Positions 41,141 to 54,179 of a stretch of DNA of 64,000 nucleotides are shown here, in pieces. Origin of the DNA: Mobula hypostoma (Eukaryota). The first letter of the stretch is position 1. Each line of letters starts with the position of its first letter. The position numbers and the translations under genes are program-made. The notes below the pieces were generated by a model, which worked only from the letters and a program-made list of their open reading frames with translations, did not search any database and was not told the origin of the DNA. The DNA is taken from contig NC_086109.1 of NCBI RefSeq assembly GCF_963921235.1, positions 27,282,001 to 27,346,000 on the forward strand, given 5' to 3'.

Positions 41141-41559
41141 TACATACAATCCTGGGGGGTCTTGACAGGGTGGATGTGGTGAAGATGTTTCCATTTGTGG
41201 GAAAAGTAAGCACCACAAGTCACAATTTAAAAGAAAGAGATTACCCCCCCCCCCCCCAAGACTGATGTGATGCAATATTTTTGACTCAGACAGTAGTTAA
41301 TCTTTGGAATGCTAGAGGACAATTGAATAGTTTTAATGCAGAGATAGACACCACTTGATAAAAGAGAAAAAGATTACTACTGATAGGCAGAAAGGTGGAG
41401 GTAAGGTGACTTCAGATTGACATAAACTTATTAAAAATTCAAGCATGTATGAGGAGCTGAGTGGCCAACTTTTGCTTCTATTTTATTTTGTCTTCAAATT
41501 GCCCAGCAAGCCATTCTATTCGAGAGACATTTGGGGACAAGTGATAAACGTTGCTCTTG

Positions 41560-42420
41560 TCAGTGAAGTTCAGTGACCTGAAAATTGGCAGAGCTGTGAG
41601 TATTGAGGAAGGTTGTCAAAGGATTAACTGGGATTTATGCCAGTTGGAAATGTGGATAGAGGCATGGCATTTGGAGTTTAATCAGACAGATGTCAGGTGC
41701 TTCACGTTGGGAGGCCAGATGTAAGAGGAAAATATACAGTAAATGATAGGTATGTTAAGAACATTGATGTACTGAAGGGAATTGGTTACAAATACACAAC
41801 CCCCTTAAGAAGCAACACAAGCTGATAGGATGCTAAATGTGTATGATATTCCTGCCTTCATTTATTGGGGTATTGGGTGTACAAGAAGGGAAATAATGTC
41901 ATAGATATATAAATTTTGATTAGGCCATATTTTGCAGTGCAGTTCTGGTTGCCATATTAAAAAAAATGTGGAGGCTTTGCTGAGGGTGCAAAATGTTGCC
42001 TGGATTAGAGTGTATTAGATATAAATAGAAGCTGGACAAACATGGACTTTTTTTTGGAATACTGGAGGCTTTGGTGCAGGAAAAGTATATTAAATTATCA
42101 GAGGTATAGACAGGGCAAATAATCAGTTTCTTTTCTTCCCAGAGAGAAATGATGAATAATAGAGAGCATCACTTTAAGATGAAAGGGAAAATGTTTACAG
42201 GAGACTTATGAGGGATGATATTTACAGAGAGAGTGGTAGATGCCTGGAACTACAGGCAGGGTATGTGGTGGAAGCAGATACAATGGTAATGTTTAAGAGA
42301 CATTCAGACAGGCACACGAACAGGGGGATATAGACCATGTGTAATTAAATGTTGTTCATTAAAATGTTTAGTAGAGACATGATGCACAGAAGGGCCTGTG
42401 TTATATTGTTCTGTGTTCAA
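41560..42420 (+). mobile_element. Old CR1 LINE RT 3' fragment
   Basis: Degenerate WHLEFN, CSSGCH/VQFW and TERVVDAWN remnants; agggcctgtg..tgttc tail. Confidence 0.75.
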
Positions 42421-43289
42421 TGTTCACATTTGTGTCTTCCATGGAATTTACACAAGCCAGCACTGATACACAATCCAGCTGCATCTAGCTGGTTTGCAAG
42501 TTGATCTTGTGTATGTCATTCAGCAAGTGCTCCTTTACAGCATCTTCTTAAAGCATAGATAGATAGGCACTTGATAGGTACATTACTAAAAACAGGCTTT
42601 GGAGAAGTTCACCAGAATGCTGCCTGGATTAGAGAGTATTAGATATGAATGGAGATTGGACAAACTTGGAACAATTTTTAGCTTTGGAGGCTGAGGAGCG
42701 ATTGAAATATATATAAAATGATGAGAGGCATAGACAGGGTAAATAATAGTCTTTTTCTGGGGATGAAAGGTTCCTATTGTTTGACAAGAATGTGGAGTTG
42801 AGGTTTAAAATCAAATCGGTAATTAAATGGTACAGCAAGTGTGAAGGCCAGTGGTTCTGAAGAAATGTTAGCTCTTGTTTCTCTGTGCACATACTGCTTG
42901 ACCTATTCAATATGTTCAGCAGTTTCTGTTTTTATTTGGGGGCCCAAGTGACTGAACCCTACTCCTAATTTGTATGTGTTTGTGCTCCACAGGACTATTT
43001 GCCAATTTTAAGAATAAAATTTCACATAGTCCAAGTGAACTAGCTCCAGGAAAGCTGAAGATCACTGACCATCTCTTCTCACAGAGGATTCCTGGAAGAT
43101 TCAGCAGAGGCAGCTGCCTAAATGCCACAGAACCTGAGATGCTGCTATCAGTTCAGTAACAGGATGCTAATGAGATCAATTTTGTTTTAGTTGCTACAGG
43201 GCTTTGGCCTCATGGTATGCACTTCCAATGTTCCATCAATTACTTCAAGCCTGAAAATGGGCCAAGCTCCATTTGCATCTCAATACATA

Positions 43290-43822
43290 TTTCATTAGGA
43301 GTTGAGGAGATTTGGCATGTAACCAAAGACTCTAGCAAATTTCTACCTATGTACCTTAGAGAGCATTCTAAGTGGTTGCATCTCTGTCTGGTATGGAGGG
43401 GCCACTGCAAGTACTGGAAAAAGCTGCAGAGGGCTGCAAACTCAGCCATCTTCATCGTGGGCACTACTCTTCCCAGCATCAAGGACATTTTCAAAAGGCA
43501 ATGCCTCAAAAACGTAGCATCCATCATCCAGGACATGGTGATTTCTTATTACTACCATCAGAGTGGAAATACAGGAGCTTGAAGACAGACACTCAATGCT
43601 TAAGGAACAGCTTCTTCCTCTCCACCATCATATTTCTGAAAGGACAATGAACCAATCCGTGAACATTACCTTACAATTGTTGCTCTCTTTTTGCACTATT
43701 CCATTTATATATGTATTTCTTATTGTAATTTATAGCATCTTTTATGCATTGCACTGTACTGCTGCTGCAAAACAACAAATTTCACAACATATGCCAGTGA
43801 TGATAAAACTGATTCTGATACT
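43290..43822 (+). mobile_element. Rex1/Babar-like LINE 3' fragment
   Basis: KKLQRAANSA..LPSIKDIF..CLRNSFF; ctgattctgat tail; same family as 39545-40420. Confidence 0.8.
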
Positions 43823-44683
43823 TTTGCCCACTCCCGTGGGCGAAAGCTGAAATTATGCCTTGAAGTTTATAACTTGAATGCTGTATGTGTACGGTGTACA
43901 GCTGATGTCTCAGGATCACTAATGGAATAAAAGCCTCTGTTGGTTTCCCCACAAGTCCTTTCTGATTGTTTCTTCAAAAGCTAACACATAAATGTCAAAG
44001 CTTTATTAATTTAGTGCCTTGCATTTGTCAGCTGATGCTGTGTAAATAACAGTTAAAGACTGAAAATAAATCCCTGTGCTGAAAGAATTTATACAGCTAC
44101 ATTGAGCAAAAAAAAATCAATGGTCAGAGACATGCGCGCACAATGCCAAGACAAGGCCTCTGACATTGCACTACCACAGTGAAGCAATCCTGCACATTCT
44201 GAATGCCTTAGTGCTGTTTGTTAACGTGGCCTACTCATTGCCGGCCATGGTTTTCACATTCATTCACTCTCACTTGTGTTGCTTTCTCCACATCAGACTC
44301 ACTCAAACGAAGCCAACAGTAATACAAGGCACAAAATTGCTCCTCAGAAACAGTGAAACAAACATCAAGGAAGCAACAATTTTCATTAACAGCAGCTAAT
44401 CAGAAACTGATCTTTAAAGGGACAATCAAGCTCAACCAGCATTCATAGTGAGATCATTGCAACTTATTTGGCAGGCTTGTAGCTTGCTGTGTACGGTACT
44501 CAAGCTGAAGACCGATCCTTCCTTGAGCTACAACTACTTTTCTCAAAAAGTGTCTAAATCACAAAAAAAAACATGTGGGTAAATCTATCATTCCTCTTGA
44601 TAGATGATATAGGCCTGCAACAGACACCTTTCAGGCGCCATAGAGACCCATTAGGGATCATGCACTAGAAGGGCTCATCATGA

Positions 44684-45560
44684 AGATGTCATCCACTTTG
44701 GATTTATAGATAGCAGTATACCTCTCTAGACTTGCCAGAGGAGCAACATCTGCATAGGTTGCACTTTCATGAGGTAGTCATTGTAACTAAGACTCAAAAC
44801 CTGACAGACAAGTTCACACACATGCTTGCACTATTCTCGTAATTAAGGTCATGATCATTCTCAATTTCTTAATCTTGAGATCATTGTAGGAGGCAGTAGT
44901 TGGTATAGACCACATATCAAAGTTTCTAATCATTGCAGCATGAGGGAGGTCACTGTTACTGTTCTAAAGAAGAGATTTAATTTATTCCCAAAATCAAGAG
45001 GAGGAGACTGACTGTGCAAGGGCAGAGTACCTTGCAATGCAGCCACTCGCTCATTAACCATGTTCATAATGCAAATATATTCATTAACAAGAAGTGAATG
45101 GATTCCCTCACTTTCCAGTTGGTACTTGATCTTCATAGGGTTTTTGCAATGGTCAATCTCAAACATGGTAGCAGCTTCCTGAGTTATTCAATCATTATTA
45201 ACTGGCTACAGCTGCCCCTCATCTCTCAGCAGCAACACTGTCCTAAAGGATGGACTTCGGGCTGTCTTCTGCTCTGATGGATGCTCACTTCATTCAGAAG
45301 CCAAAGTCACCACAGAGTAATGTTTCGGCAGCCTCACTAACGGGACCATGATAGGGCTGCTGAAAAATGCTCTTGCAGATTGCACCTGCAGCATTGACTG
45401 CCCGGGCTCTCTTACGTCATCATAATTTGGTCATCAGAAGAGTTCAGCCATTAACTACCAAGATGAAGCAAGGGAAGGACCAGCCGCCATGACCCTGGGA
45501 ACAGCAGGATGAAAACTAACATCAGGATGAGCAGGGGAAGAGAGAAGATGAGGAAGAACA
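44684..45560 (+). pseudogene. Fossil PIF/Harbinger (HARBI1-like) DDE transposase
   Basis: Manual translation across stops and frameshifts gives eight collinear motifs: PLWIYR*QYTSLDLPEEQHLHRLHF; VIKVMIILNFLILRSL*; MREVT..FP; VQG..CSH; FINKK*MDSLTFQLVLD; GW..WMLTSFRS; IGLLK; HHNLVIRRVQPL; then an acidic EDEEE tail. Confidence 0.8.
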
Positions 45561-48249
45561 GGTTGTGAAGCCAGTTTACAGATCCTCAGCCACAGGAGCC
45601 CAATTTCCTTTCTGGACACGCTGTGCGGCGACATTTGACATCTCATCAGCCTTGCAGCAATGATGTCTTCCTGAAAATTTAATCTCAAATCACTCACATT
45701 TGCAGGATCACTTAAGTCACTGCTGTAACTTCGCAACAGCCTTCAGTCAACATGATACAATCAATTACCCAGCATCCAGATCACAGTGACAAATGATTTC
45801 CAGAAAGGAATTGTTTAAAAATGATGTAAAAAAATGCTCTAACATAAAGGGCAGGGCAAAGTAACTGTTTCAAGCTCATCTGAGCCAGACACTGCAACAA
45901 GAATCCTAGAATGGCAGACTTAATCAGAGGTCCATTTCTCATCTCTGCAAAAATATGAATTATACTCCTCATTGTATTCAATACCTTTACTTTTCAAATC
46001 TTCCATCAACTGCAATGTGAAATAATCTCAGAGGGTGAATACCTTGGTCAAAAGCAGCTCCTGAGCAAATCTTAAAGGTGTTCATTAAGTGACCCCCTTA
46101 AAAACACTTTAAGTAAGGTATACCAATTAATACTTATCTTCGGGACAATACTCAGTAGAATGAGTACTGAACTAACTTGTAAGGATACTGTTGATATAAT
46201 GGACTACATAGGCTGCAGCTGAAGATAGTCATAATTTCGCTTGATTAAGACATACAAAGTAGGGTCTTGGTCTTGCTTGAAGCTGCAGTCAAGATTGAAG
46301 TCTATTTGTCCTATCAATCCATTCAATCATGGATCTAATATCATCTGACAGCCACATTCAGGTCACAATCATAGAGCACAGAATAGTACAGGACAGCACA
46401 GTCCTTTCAGCCCATGAAGTTGTGCCGATCTTTTAACCTACTCTAACATCAATCTAACCCTTCCCTTCTCCATAGCCCTCCATTTTTCTTTCATCAATGT
46501 GCTTGTATAAGAGTCTCTTAATTCCCCCTAAGGTGTCTCTACCACCAGCCCCGTCAGCGTGTCCCACACACCTGCCACTCTCTATATAGTGTCGTCTCAC
46601 AACACTAAAACAACATGATACTTCAGCTGTTTAACCCTTACTTCAAAGTGATCTGCCTCTTGCGATTCTTCAAAAATTGCATTTCAATGACAGAATCTTC
46701 TCAAACTGAAGACATGTTGATCTTCTGATGTTTGGCATCTTGCATTGTAATCAATAAATGATAACAATCCCAAATTTCCAAAGGCATCTCTGACCACAGG
46801 TTCGGCCTAAGGGATTGGACATGGCATTACTCAGTCCCACTGCAGATGTTCAAAGAAAACTTTGCCTCTATAGTGAATCAGCAATATAATCTTCTGAACC
46901 ACCTGCAAGTCCACTATTACTGCTAACATTAATGAGTAGAGATGCAAGGGAGCCTGAAATTAGCAAGGGTCCACCAGCAACATTGATTGTTCTTTGAAAC
47001 CAGGCCCCATGAAGTAGCTTGGGGAACTCCAGCTTCATACTATGGTAATTTAGTTACCTTCACATCGCTGGCCTACTGCCCTTTCTTTTATAATGATAGT
47101 GCGAAGATTTTCTGAGGAATGGACAAACACTGCTGACATACTCTTGCAGTACAAGATGACACTGAGCAACCTGCAGCCATTGACAGAATCATTAATCATG
47201 TGCCTTGAGCTGAAAACTGATCAAATGCTCCAACGCTTTTGGCTGCCTTACTTGGGACTAATGAGACTAACAACTGGAGGCATGTAAAGCATGGGTGGAA
47301 TCTAGTCAGTCAAATGGCTTCAATCAGCATGATCTGCACAAATGGTAGGAGTAAAAACTTTGATGGAAGAAAAAAAAACTTTTTTACAAAAGAAAATGTC
47401 CTGAAACAGGGAATTAGAATCAACTCACCTCTTATGAATCTTAATTTTTGTGATTTTCCAAGTAGGTTTGGAAATCTAATCTATTGCTGGGGCCTGGCCA
47501 CTTGGCTGTGTGTTACTGATACCATCTCAGGATGCCTACAGTGAGCATGCGCCCTTGATAAGCCGGCACAAGAATGCAAGGTGCGACTTGGTGTTCCTTC
47601 ATTCTAGACAGGCAGACCTGGAAATATTTATGGGGATTGTGTCTGAGAGTCACAGACTACAGGAGAGATCCTGGCATCCTTGTGGAGGTCAGGGCTCTCA
47701 GTTCCTGCACTGCCAGTTGTACTCACAGGGCAAACAACAGCGTGTGTGGCATATAACTTCCTGGTTGTACAACTGCTGTTGTAGTTTCATGAACTGTTTC
47801 CAGTGCTAGCAAACAGATACTGGAACATGGCTGAGTACTCCTAGGTAGCAGTGTTGATGTCCTGTAGACCTGCAGGTCACTGCTCTTGCAATCAATTAGA
47901 GCACAGGGAGACTGGGAGTGTACATCAAAAGAGCCAGAAATCTGAACTGTCATATTTCCTTGACCTTGCTGTTCATAGCAGAGAATCACTTCCAAATTGG
48001 ATGAGGTTCACCTCTTCACCAGTCCCTGAAAGAACGCAGAAGCAACCACTCCTATGCTTGTAGTCTCTCATGCAGTTGTTCTGACAGACCTTTCACTGGT
48101 CCAAGCATTTCAAAGTGCTAAGTCAAGCATCTCGATGTGTCCTTACTAAATGATACATCTGAGTCAGCACGTCTGATTAGTCGCCATTTCCCTGAAGCTG
48201 GGGCTGCAGTGTCTTCCATTCCCACAGTCTCACTGCAGCTCTCTTTGTT

Positions 48250-49415
48250 CTTATTCGCTCCTCTCATAAACTATGCCTCCTGCTAGCACCTCCTCTGGTG
48301 TTCTGCTGTGATGGGTAAACTCTGGCACCCAGTGCCACCATTTCCTCTTATTCTGTAAAAGGCCCGATTTAATATTTCTATATTTTATATTTCTTTATGG
48401 CACAGGAGGCCAGAACAGAGTATTCGTCCTCCCCCACTAATTTTCCCTACAATCCATTGCCTCAAATTTCTATTAATTTTACTTCCCACCTACACGAACA
48501 GTTTTCGATAATCCAGTAACCTGCATGTATTTATTGTGAGGGGAAAATGGAGCATCCAGAGAAAACTCATGAGTGTTGCAGGAGGAACATACATACTCCA
48601 CGTAGACAGCACCAGAGGTCAGGATTGAACTCAGATTACCGGAATTATGAACCAGCTGCTCTATCAGCTGCACCAGTGAACCTACCGATGCCTTCATGCC
48701 TCTATGACTTGAGTGTGCTTCAAAATGAGCTCGTCTTGTTTGTGGATACAGTCCCTTTTGATAGAGCTGTGTTCTGATGAATAAGGATGAGGATAACAGC
48801 AATGAATTTAAAATTGGAGATCTCAGATGAGCTTCATTTCTCCCACTGCCTGGAGTTCATCTACCTTCTAGTGGAATTTGGCCTTCTTGGATGATTGTGT
48901 GGGATAGTAATGGGAGTGAGTGGAAAGAATGACACAATGTATTGTTGAGTCTGTGTGTGAGTGAGCTATTAAAAGTATGGAAGGATGCAGGTGGAGGCAG
49001 GATGGCGAGAAGGAGAGAGAGAGATACACCATAGAGCAGGGAAAGGATTAGCTAGACCAGCAGGGACAAAGGACTGAGATAGAGGGAAAGCAAGTAGAAA
49101 CACCTGGCATATTTGTGTGAGAGGGTAAATAAACCATGAGGAGAGATAATAGCAAAGTAGGAATGGAGCTGAGAGCACAAGATGTGTATATATATTAGAG
49201 ATTTCTTAAGCTGTGAGGACTCAGTATGACTGATTCTGTAAGGTCATAATATTTTTTGCACCACTGATCACAGTTCAGAGAATGGTGCTCAGAGCAGTGA
49301 CCTCTCGGGAAACCTCCTGCGCGTACTTCGTGTGTGCTACTTCTGTCCTCTAGGTGATATGATCCACCAGCCTCTTCAAACCCACTCGGGCAATCTGAGA
49401 GTGTTCTCTTCCCCT
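48250..49415 (-). pseudogene. Fossil Harbinger Myb/SANT-like partner gene (two exon remnants)
   Basis: 49220-49415 reads QEVSREVTALSTIL*T / DQWCKKYYDLT, resembling EVAxEVxAxSxxxRTWxQCRKKFNDLT. A ttttacag acceptor at about 48353-48360 is followed by an NTRGG (TGGG-like) remnant. Confidence 0.55.
48420..48680 (-). mobile_element. tRNA-headed SINE, old
   Basis: gagcatccagagaaaactca and caggattgaactc (B box on the minus strand). Confidence 0.65.
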
Positions 49416-49774
49416 CAGGAATTACTGGTGCACTCTGCTGAACGATACTGCCATCGCAGTAGCTGGTAGAATGCTGGTGCTGTTGGGCATGTGTGGCTTC
49501 AAGGTCCAGATAATGAGTTTGCAATTGTGTGGCCAAGTGACAGCAGCTGTGAAAAATTCGACTGGAGCCGTTTAGTAAATTGCACTGTTTCTAAACTATT
49601 GTGGTGTTACATAAGGGACTGTCAACCACTGGCTTTTAAAATGACAGTGGCAAATTCCGTGCTGTTTTTTATATCTTTTTAAAAACATTGTTAGGGAGAT
49701 GTACAATGATGACTCCATACTAAAAAAAGGAATGGTGCAGTTGATTTTCATGGACAAATGTATTTTCACTTTAT

Positions 49775-52130
49775 TATATAGAATGTAGGCAGGCAGAGGA
49801 ACAGGGTCTTTGGTCTAAAATGTCTCTACCAACCATGGTGCCAATTTTAACTAAATCCCATTTGCTCTTAAGAGGTCCATACCCCTCTATTCCATGTCTG
49901 TTCACGTGCCTGTCAAAATGCTTCTTTAAAGTTGCTATTGTACCTGCTCCTTCCATTGCCCTAACATTGTGTTCCAGTCACCCACTATTCTTTCTTTCTT
50001 TTTCAATTTTTTTTATCGAATTTCAAATTGATAAACATAACAATGATAATAACACAAAGAAATCGGGATTACATTAATAATGATTAACGTATACAGACAC
50101 AAACTCCAAGTAACATATTTAATTTAAACCTCCCAATCTCTTAATAACTGAACATGAAAAAGATTCAAAAAAAAGTTTTTACCCCCTATACTAAAAAAAA
50201 ACAAAACAAAGACTAGCCTGCCATATTTCATCGGATAAGATCATTATTTGTCATGAACTCCGTTCCTCTATACACAAATAAAAAGTTATTAAAAAGGATT
50301 TGGAAAAGGCCACCTTACATCATATGAAAATGTTGAATAAATGTCCTCCATGTTTCTTCAAATTTAACCGAAGGATCAGTGGTATCGTTGTTTATGATTT
50401 AATTACAAAAATACATTTAGGTATGTCTGAAAAAATTAAGAATGAATGGGAAAGAGAACTTCAGGTATCTTTACCCATAGAGAAATGGGAGAAAATTCTC
50501 CAACTATTTAACACTTCTTCAATGTGTGCTAGACATGCTTTGATACAATTTACGGTGGATCATAGGGCCCATACATCTAAGGATAAGTTAGCTTGTTTTT
50601 ATGGTCATATACATCTTGTCTGTGACAGATGTAATTCTGAGGTAGCTTCCTTGACGCATATGTTCTGGTCTTGCCCTCTTTTGGAAAAATATTGGAAAGA
50701 CATTTTTGATATTATTTCAGTACTTTTGCGTATTGATTTACAACCTCATCCTATTACTGCAATTTTTGGACTACCAATGATAGACTTCAGTCATTAACCC
50801 CTTCAGCTTGCAATTTGACTGCATTTGTTACATTAATAGCCAGAAGATCTCCTTTATTTAAATGGAAAGATTCTAATCTCCCTACCACATTTCAATGGTT
50901 TTTCCAACCTTTAACATGTTTAAACTTGAAAAAAATTAGGTACCCTCTATTCTGTGTGAAAAATATTTCATAAATCTCCAATATTTTCTTCTTCTCATCT
51001 TAAGTATGTATCCTGTAGTATGTGACATTTCTATCCTGTGGTATAAGACTCTGCCTGTCTACCCTGTCTCTGCCTTTTATTAACACATACTGTATTTCTA
51101 CCAAGTCACCCTTCGGCCTCCATCGATTCAGAAAAACAGTCCAAGTCTGTCCAACCTCTCACTGTAGTGAATACTCTCTAATGCAAACAACATCCAGCTG
51201 AACCTCTTCTGCACCCACTGCAAAGACTCTATATCCTTTCTGTAAGGCAGCGACCAGATCCGCACATAGATTTGGCTCCTAGTGTGGCCCGTGTACAACT
51301 GCAACGTGACTTCCTTATGCTGAAACTCAACGTCCTGAATGATGAAGGTGAGTCTGCCTTTACACCTTCTGTAACATCCTACCTCAGTGCTTCTTAGTGT
51401 CCTGCCATTAACTGTACACTTTCCTCTTGTACTTGACTTCACAAAGTGCAACATTTTGCATTTGTCTGGATAAAGCCTATCTGCCATTTTCCTGCCCACA
51501 TTATCCACTGAATCCTTGGTCAACCTTCCTCACTATCCACACTTGAAGTTTTATTTCATCTGCAAACTTATTAATTAGTCCATCAACATTTTATATATCT
51601 TAATTGTCAGAGGACTTGGCATAGATCCTTGCTGAACACAGGCCTCCAGTCAGAATAACACTCCTTCCACCAATATCTCTCTTCTAAGGCCAAACCAAAT
51701 TTTGAATCCAGTCCATGGGTCCCATGACTAATCTTCTGGATCAGTCTACTAAAAGCATAACTAAAGTTCGTTAATACAATATCCACTGCGCTGGTGAATA
51801 TATTCATTTATCAATTATCTTCACCACCTCTCCAATCATTTGTAAAGCATGCCATCCACCATACAAGCCATGCTCACTACCACTAATAACCCAAGACTTT
51901 TCCAGATGTGAGTAGATCCTACCATTAAGAATTCTCACCAATAATTTCCTCACCATTAATGTAAAATTCACCAGCCCAATGTTCTGGTTTGTCTCTATTG
52001 CTCTTCTTAAACAGAAAGGAACAACACAGGCTATTCTCCAGTTTCCTGGGACCTCAGGTGTGACTGTAGGATACAAAGATCTTTGCCAAGATCTCAACAA
52101 TCTCCTCTCTTGTCTTTTTCAATAACCAAT
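49775..52130 (-). mobile_element. Old CR1 LINE RT region (49775-49990 plus 50953-52130), split by an L1
   Basis: ORFs 51804..52100, 51128..51523 and 49774..49956 are decayed CR1 RT and 3' sequence. Confidence 0.8.
49992..50941 (-). mobile_element. L1-clade LINE 3' end with inverted 5' segment and 12-bp TSD
   Basis: T-rich left end (poly-A on minus). Minus strand encodes DPSVKFEETWRTFIQHFHMM*. The plus-strand segment encodes CDRC..SLTHMFWSC (zf-RVT/CCHC region). TSD acccactattct / accctctattct. Confidence 0.85.
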
Positions 52131-53159
52131 AAGTTCTCAGGGAAAAAAATGAAGTGAGTTATAAATAGTTTAATTCAAAGAGATGGCACTGAAAGGAATA
52201 CAGCTTGCTTCGTTATATAATCTACCTTACCTCGCATGTCATTGTCTACCTGCATTGTACTTTCTCTGAGACGGACACACTATGATCTGTATTCCCTTAC
52301 TGCTTTTCCTACCTCACTGTACTAATATTTTGAAATGATCTGTATGGCTAGCATACGTAACAATATTTTTCACTTCATTGCATTGTGTGTTACAGTAATA
52401 AACCAATTAAGTTGCATATTGGAGTGTATTTGACCAAATAACTCAGTGAGCACTGCCTTAAAATGCTGAATCCATTTGTTGGATTAATATTTCTAATACC
52501 TTTAGCATGACTTCTGTTCAATAATGCTGACACAATCTGATCACTAAAGTCATGAGAATGTGACAGGAAATTAGCAGTTCAATGGAGTGGAATCCTCATC
52601 AATACAATTGAACTGAGACCTCACGCTCATTTGACAATTCACTACAGTGGATCAAGAAAGAGGGAGACTTTTAATTCTGCAAAAATAAATAATGATTAAC
52701 TGATCTTTTAATCTTTCTACCTAATTTCTTTTGAGACTTGACTCTCAAACATATACACCTGATAAATAATAAGTGGGAGAGGAAAGGAGTACAGTCTTTG
52801 AAAAATTCTGAGCCTTTCTGTGGACTTCATCGTTTTTATACTTTCAAAGGATAAAGGAGGCTATTCATCGTACTGAATCTCCGCCTGCTCAGAGCAATCC
52901 TAGTCCATCACTTATTTCCTTATGACCTATGTTCTCTATGTGATTTTCTTATTACCTTTCTGCAGTAGGGGCAATTTACATTGGTCAATCCATCCAAGCC
53001 CAGTTGAGGAAATTGGGGCATTTGTGGGAACGCACATAGTAACAGGCAAAATGCCCAAACTTCACGCAGACATCATAGGTCAGTATTGAACCTGGATTCT
53101 CTGAAGTTGTGAAATACTAAACCTATCTGTGTACCACTGTACCAAATAGCAGGAACTAA

Positions 53160-53420
53160 CTTAATTATTTATTTGTCCAAAAAAAATAGAAAGATTGATT
53201 GAGATACAGCAAGGCCTTCTGTACTGCCCAGCAGCCCCTGATTTAACCCTAACCTATTTACGGGAAAATTTACAATGACCAATTAACCTATCAACTGGTA
53301 CATCCAGAGGAAACCCACGTGGTTACGGGCAGAATGCACAAACTCCCGAAAGGCAGTAGCCGGAGTTGAACCTTGGTCGCTGGTACTGTAAAGCATTGCA
53401 CTAACTGCTATGGTGCGTGC
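53160..53420 (-). mobile_element. tRNA-headed SINE
   Basis: Same family as 24078-24355. Confidence 0.75.
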
Positions 53421-54179
53421 TGCTTTTGATGATCAAAAGTTTTCACTGATTGTGTTTCAGCTCCATTTTCTTTAACTGGTTCCTCATAACAACAGGTTCA
53501 TCAAATCAATTTGTAGGTGATAACAAAATCGAAGTACTGTCAGTGCAAAGATGAAAATGCTGGAAATCCTCAGCAAGTTAGAAGGTTCTGCAATTCAATT
53601 TTTAGGATGCAAACATCGCAGACAACATCAGCATTTATTGCCCCTTCCTAACGACTCTTGAATAAGTGTTGGGAAACCACTTTCTTGAGCTGTTGCGGTA
53701 CAGTGTGTAGAGAGACAGACAGGTAACATGAAACTAAAATGCTAACTTCCTCTCTCCTCAGAGAGGAACGCTTATCAGTGAAATATTTTCTGTCTAATTT
53801 CAAGTCATTGAAGAGCTATCAACTCAAATAAAATTACTGGTCTAGGTACTGCAGTCATCTGAGGATGAGATTTAAGTTAATGAATCACATTGCACATAAA
53901 AGAGCATCCATTTGTAGTTTCTTCGGTCTTTCACCCTGGATGCTCAGGTTAGCAAAATATCTCTGGAGGGCATCTAGGTCATCCGCATTTTCTTAACAGT
54001 CATAATCAGCTATATAGAATCTAATCAAAGATAACGCTGGCTAGAATTTTCTAATTTAATGCCAAATCAGGCACAGAAAGCAAAAAAAAAAGCTTGGATT
54101 AAATAAAAATCAAGAAAGAAAATGTAAAAAATAAATCCCATCATCGTACTTCCTCACTGAGAGGTCAGAGGTGGAAAGG

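Noticed and set aside
47093..48063. Cluster of short overlapping ORFs
   Set aside because: No recognisable domain or exon structure. Possibly decayed sequence belonging to the Harbinger Myb gene, but I cannot support a call.
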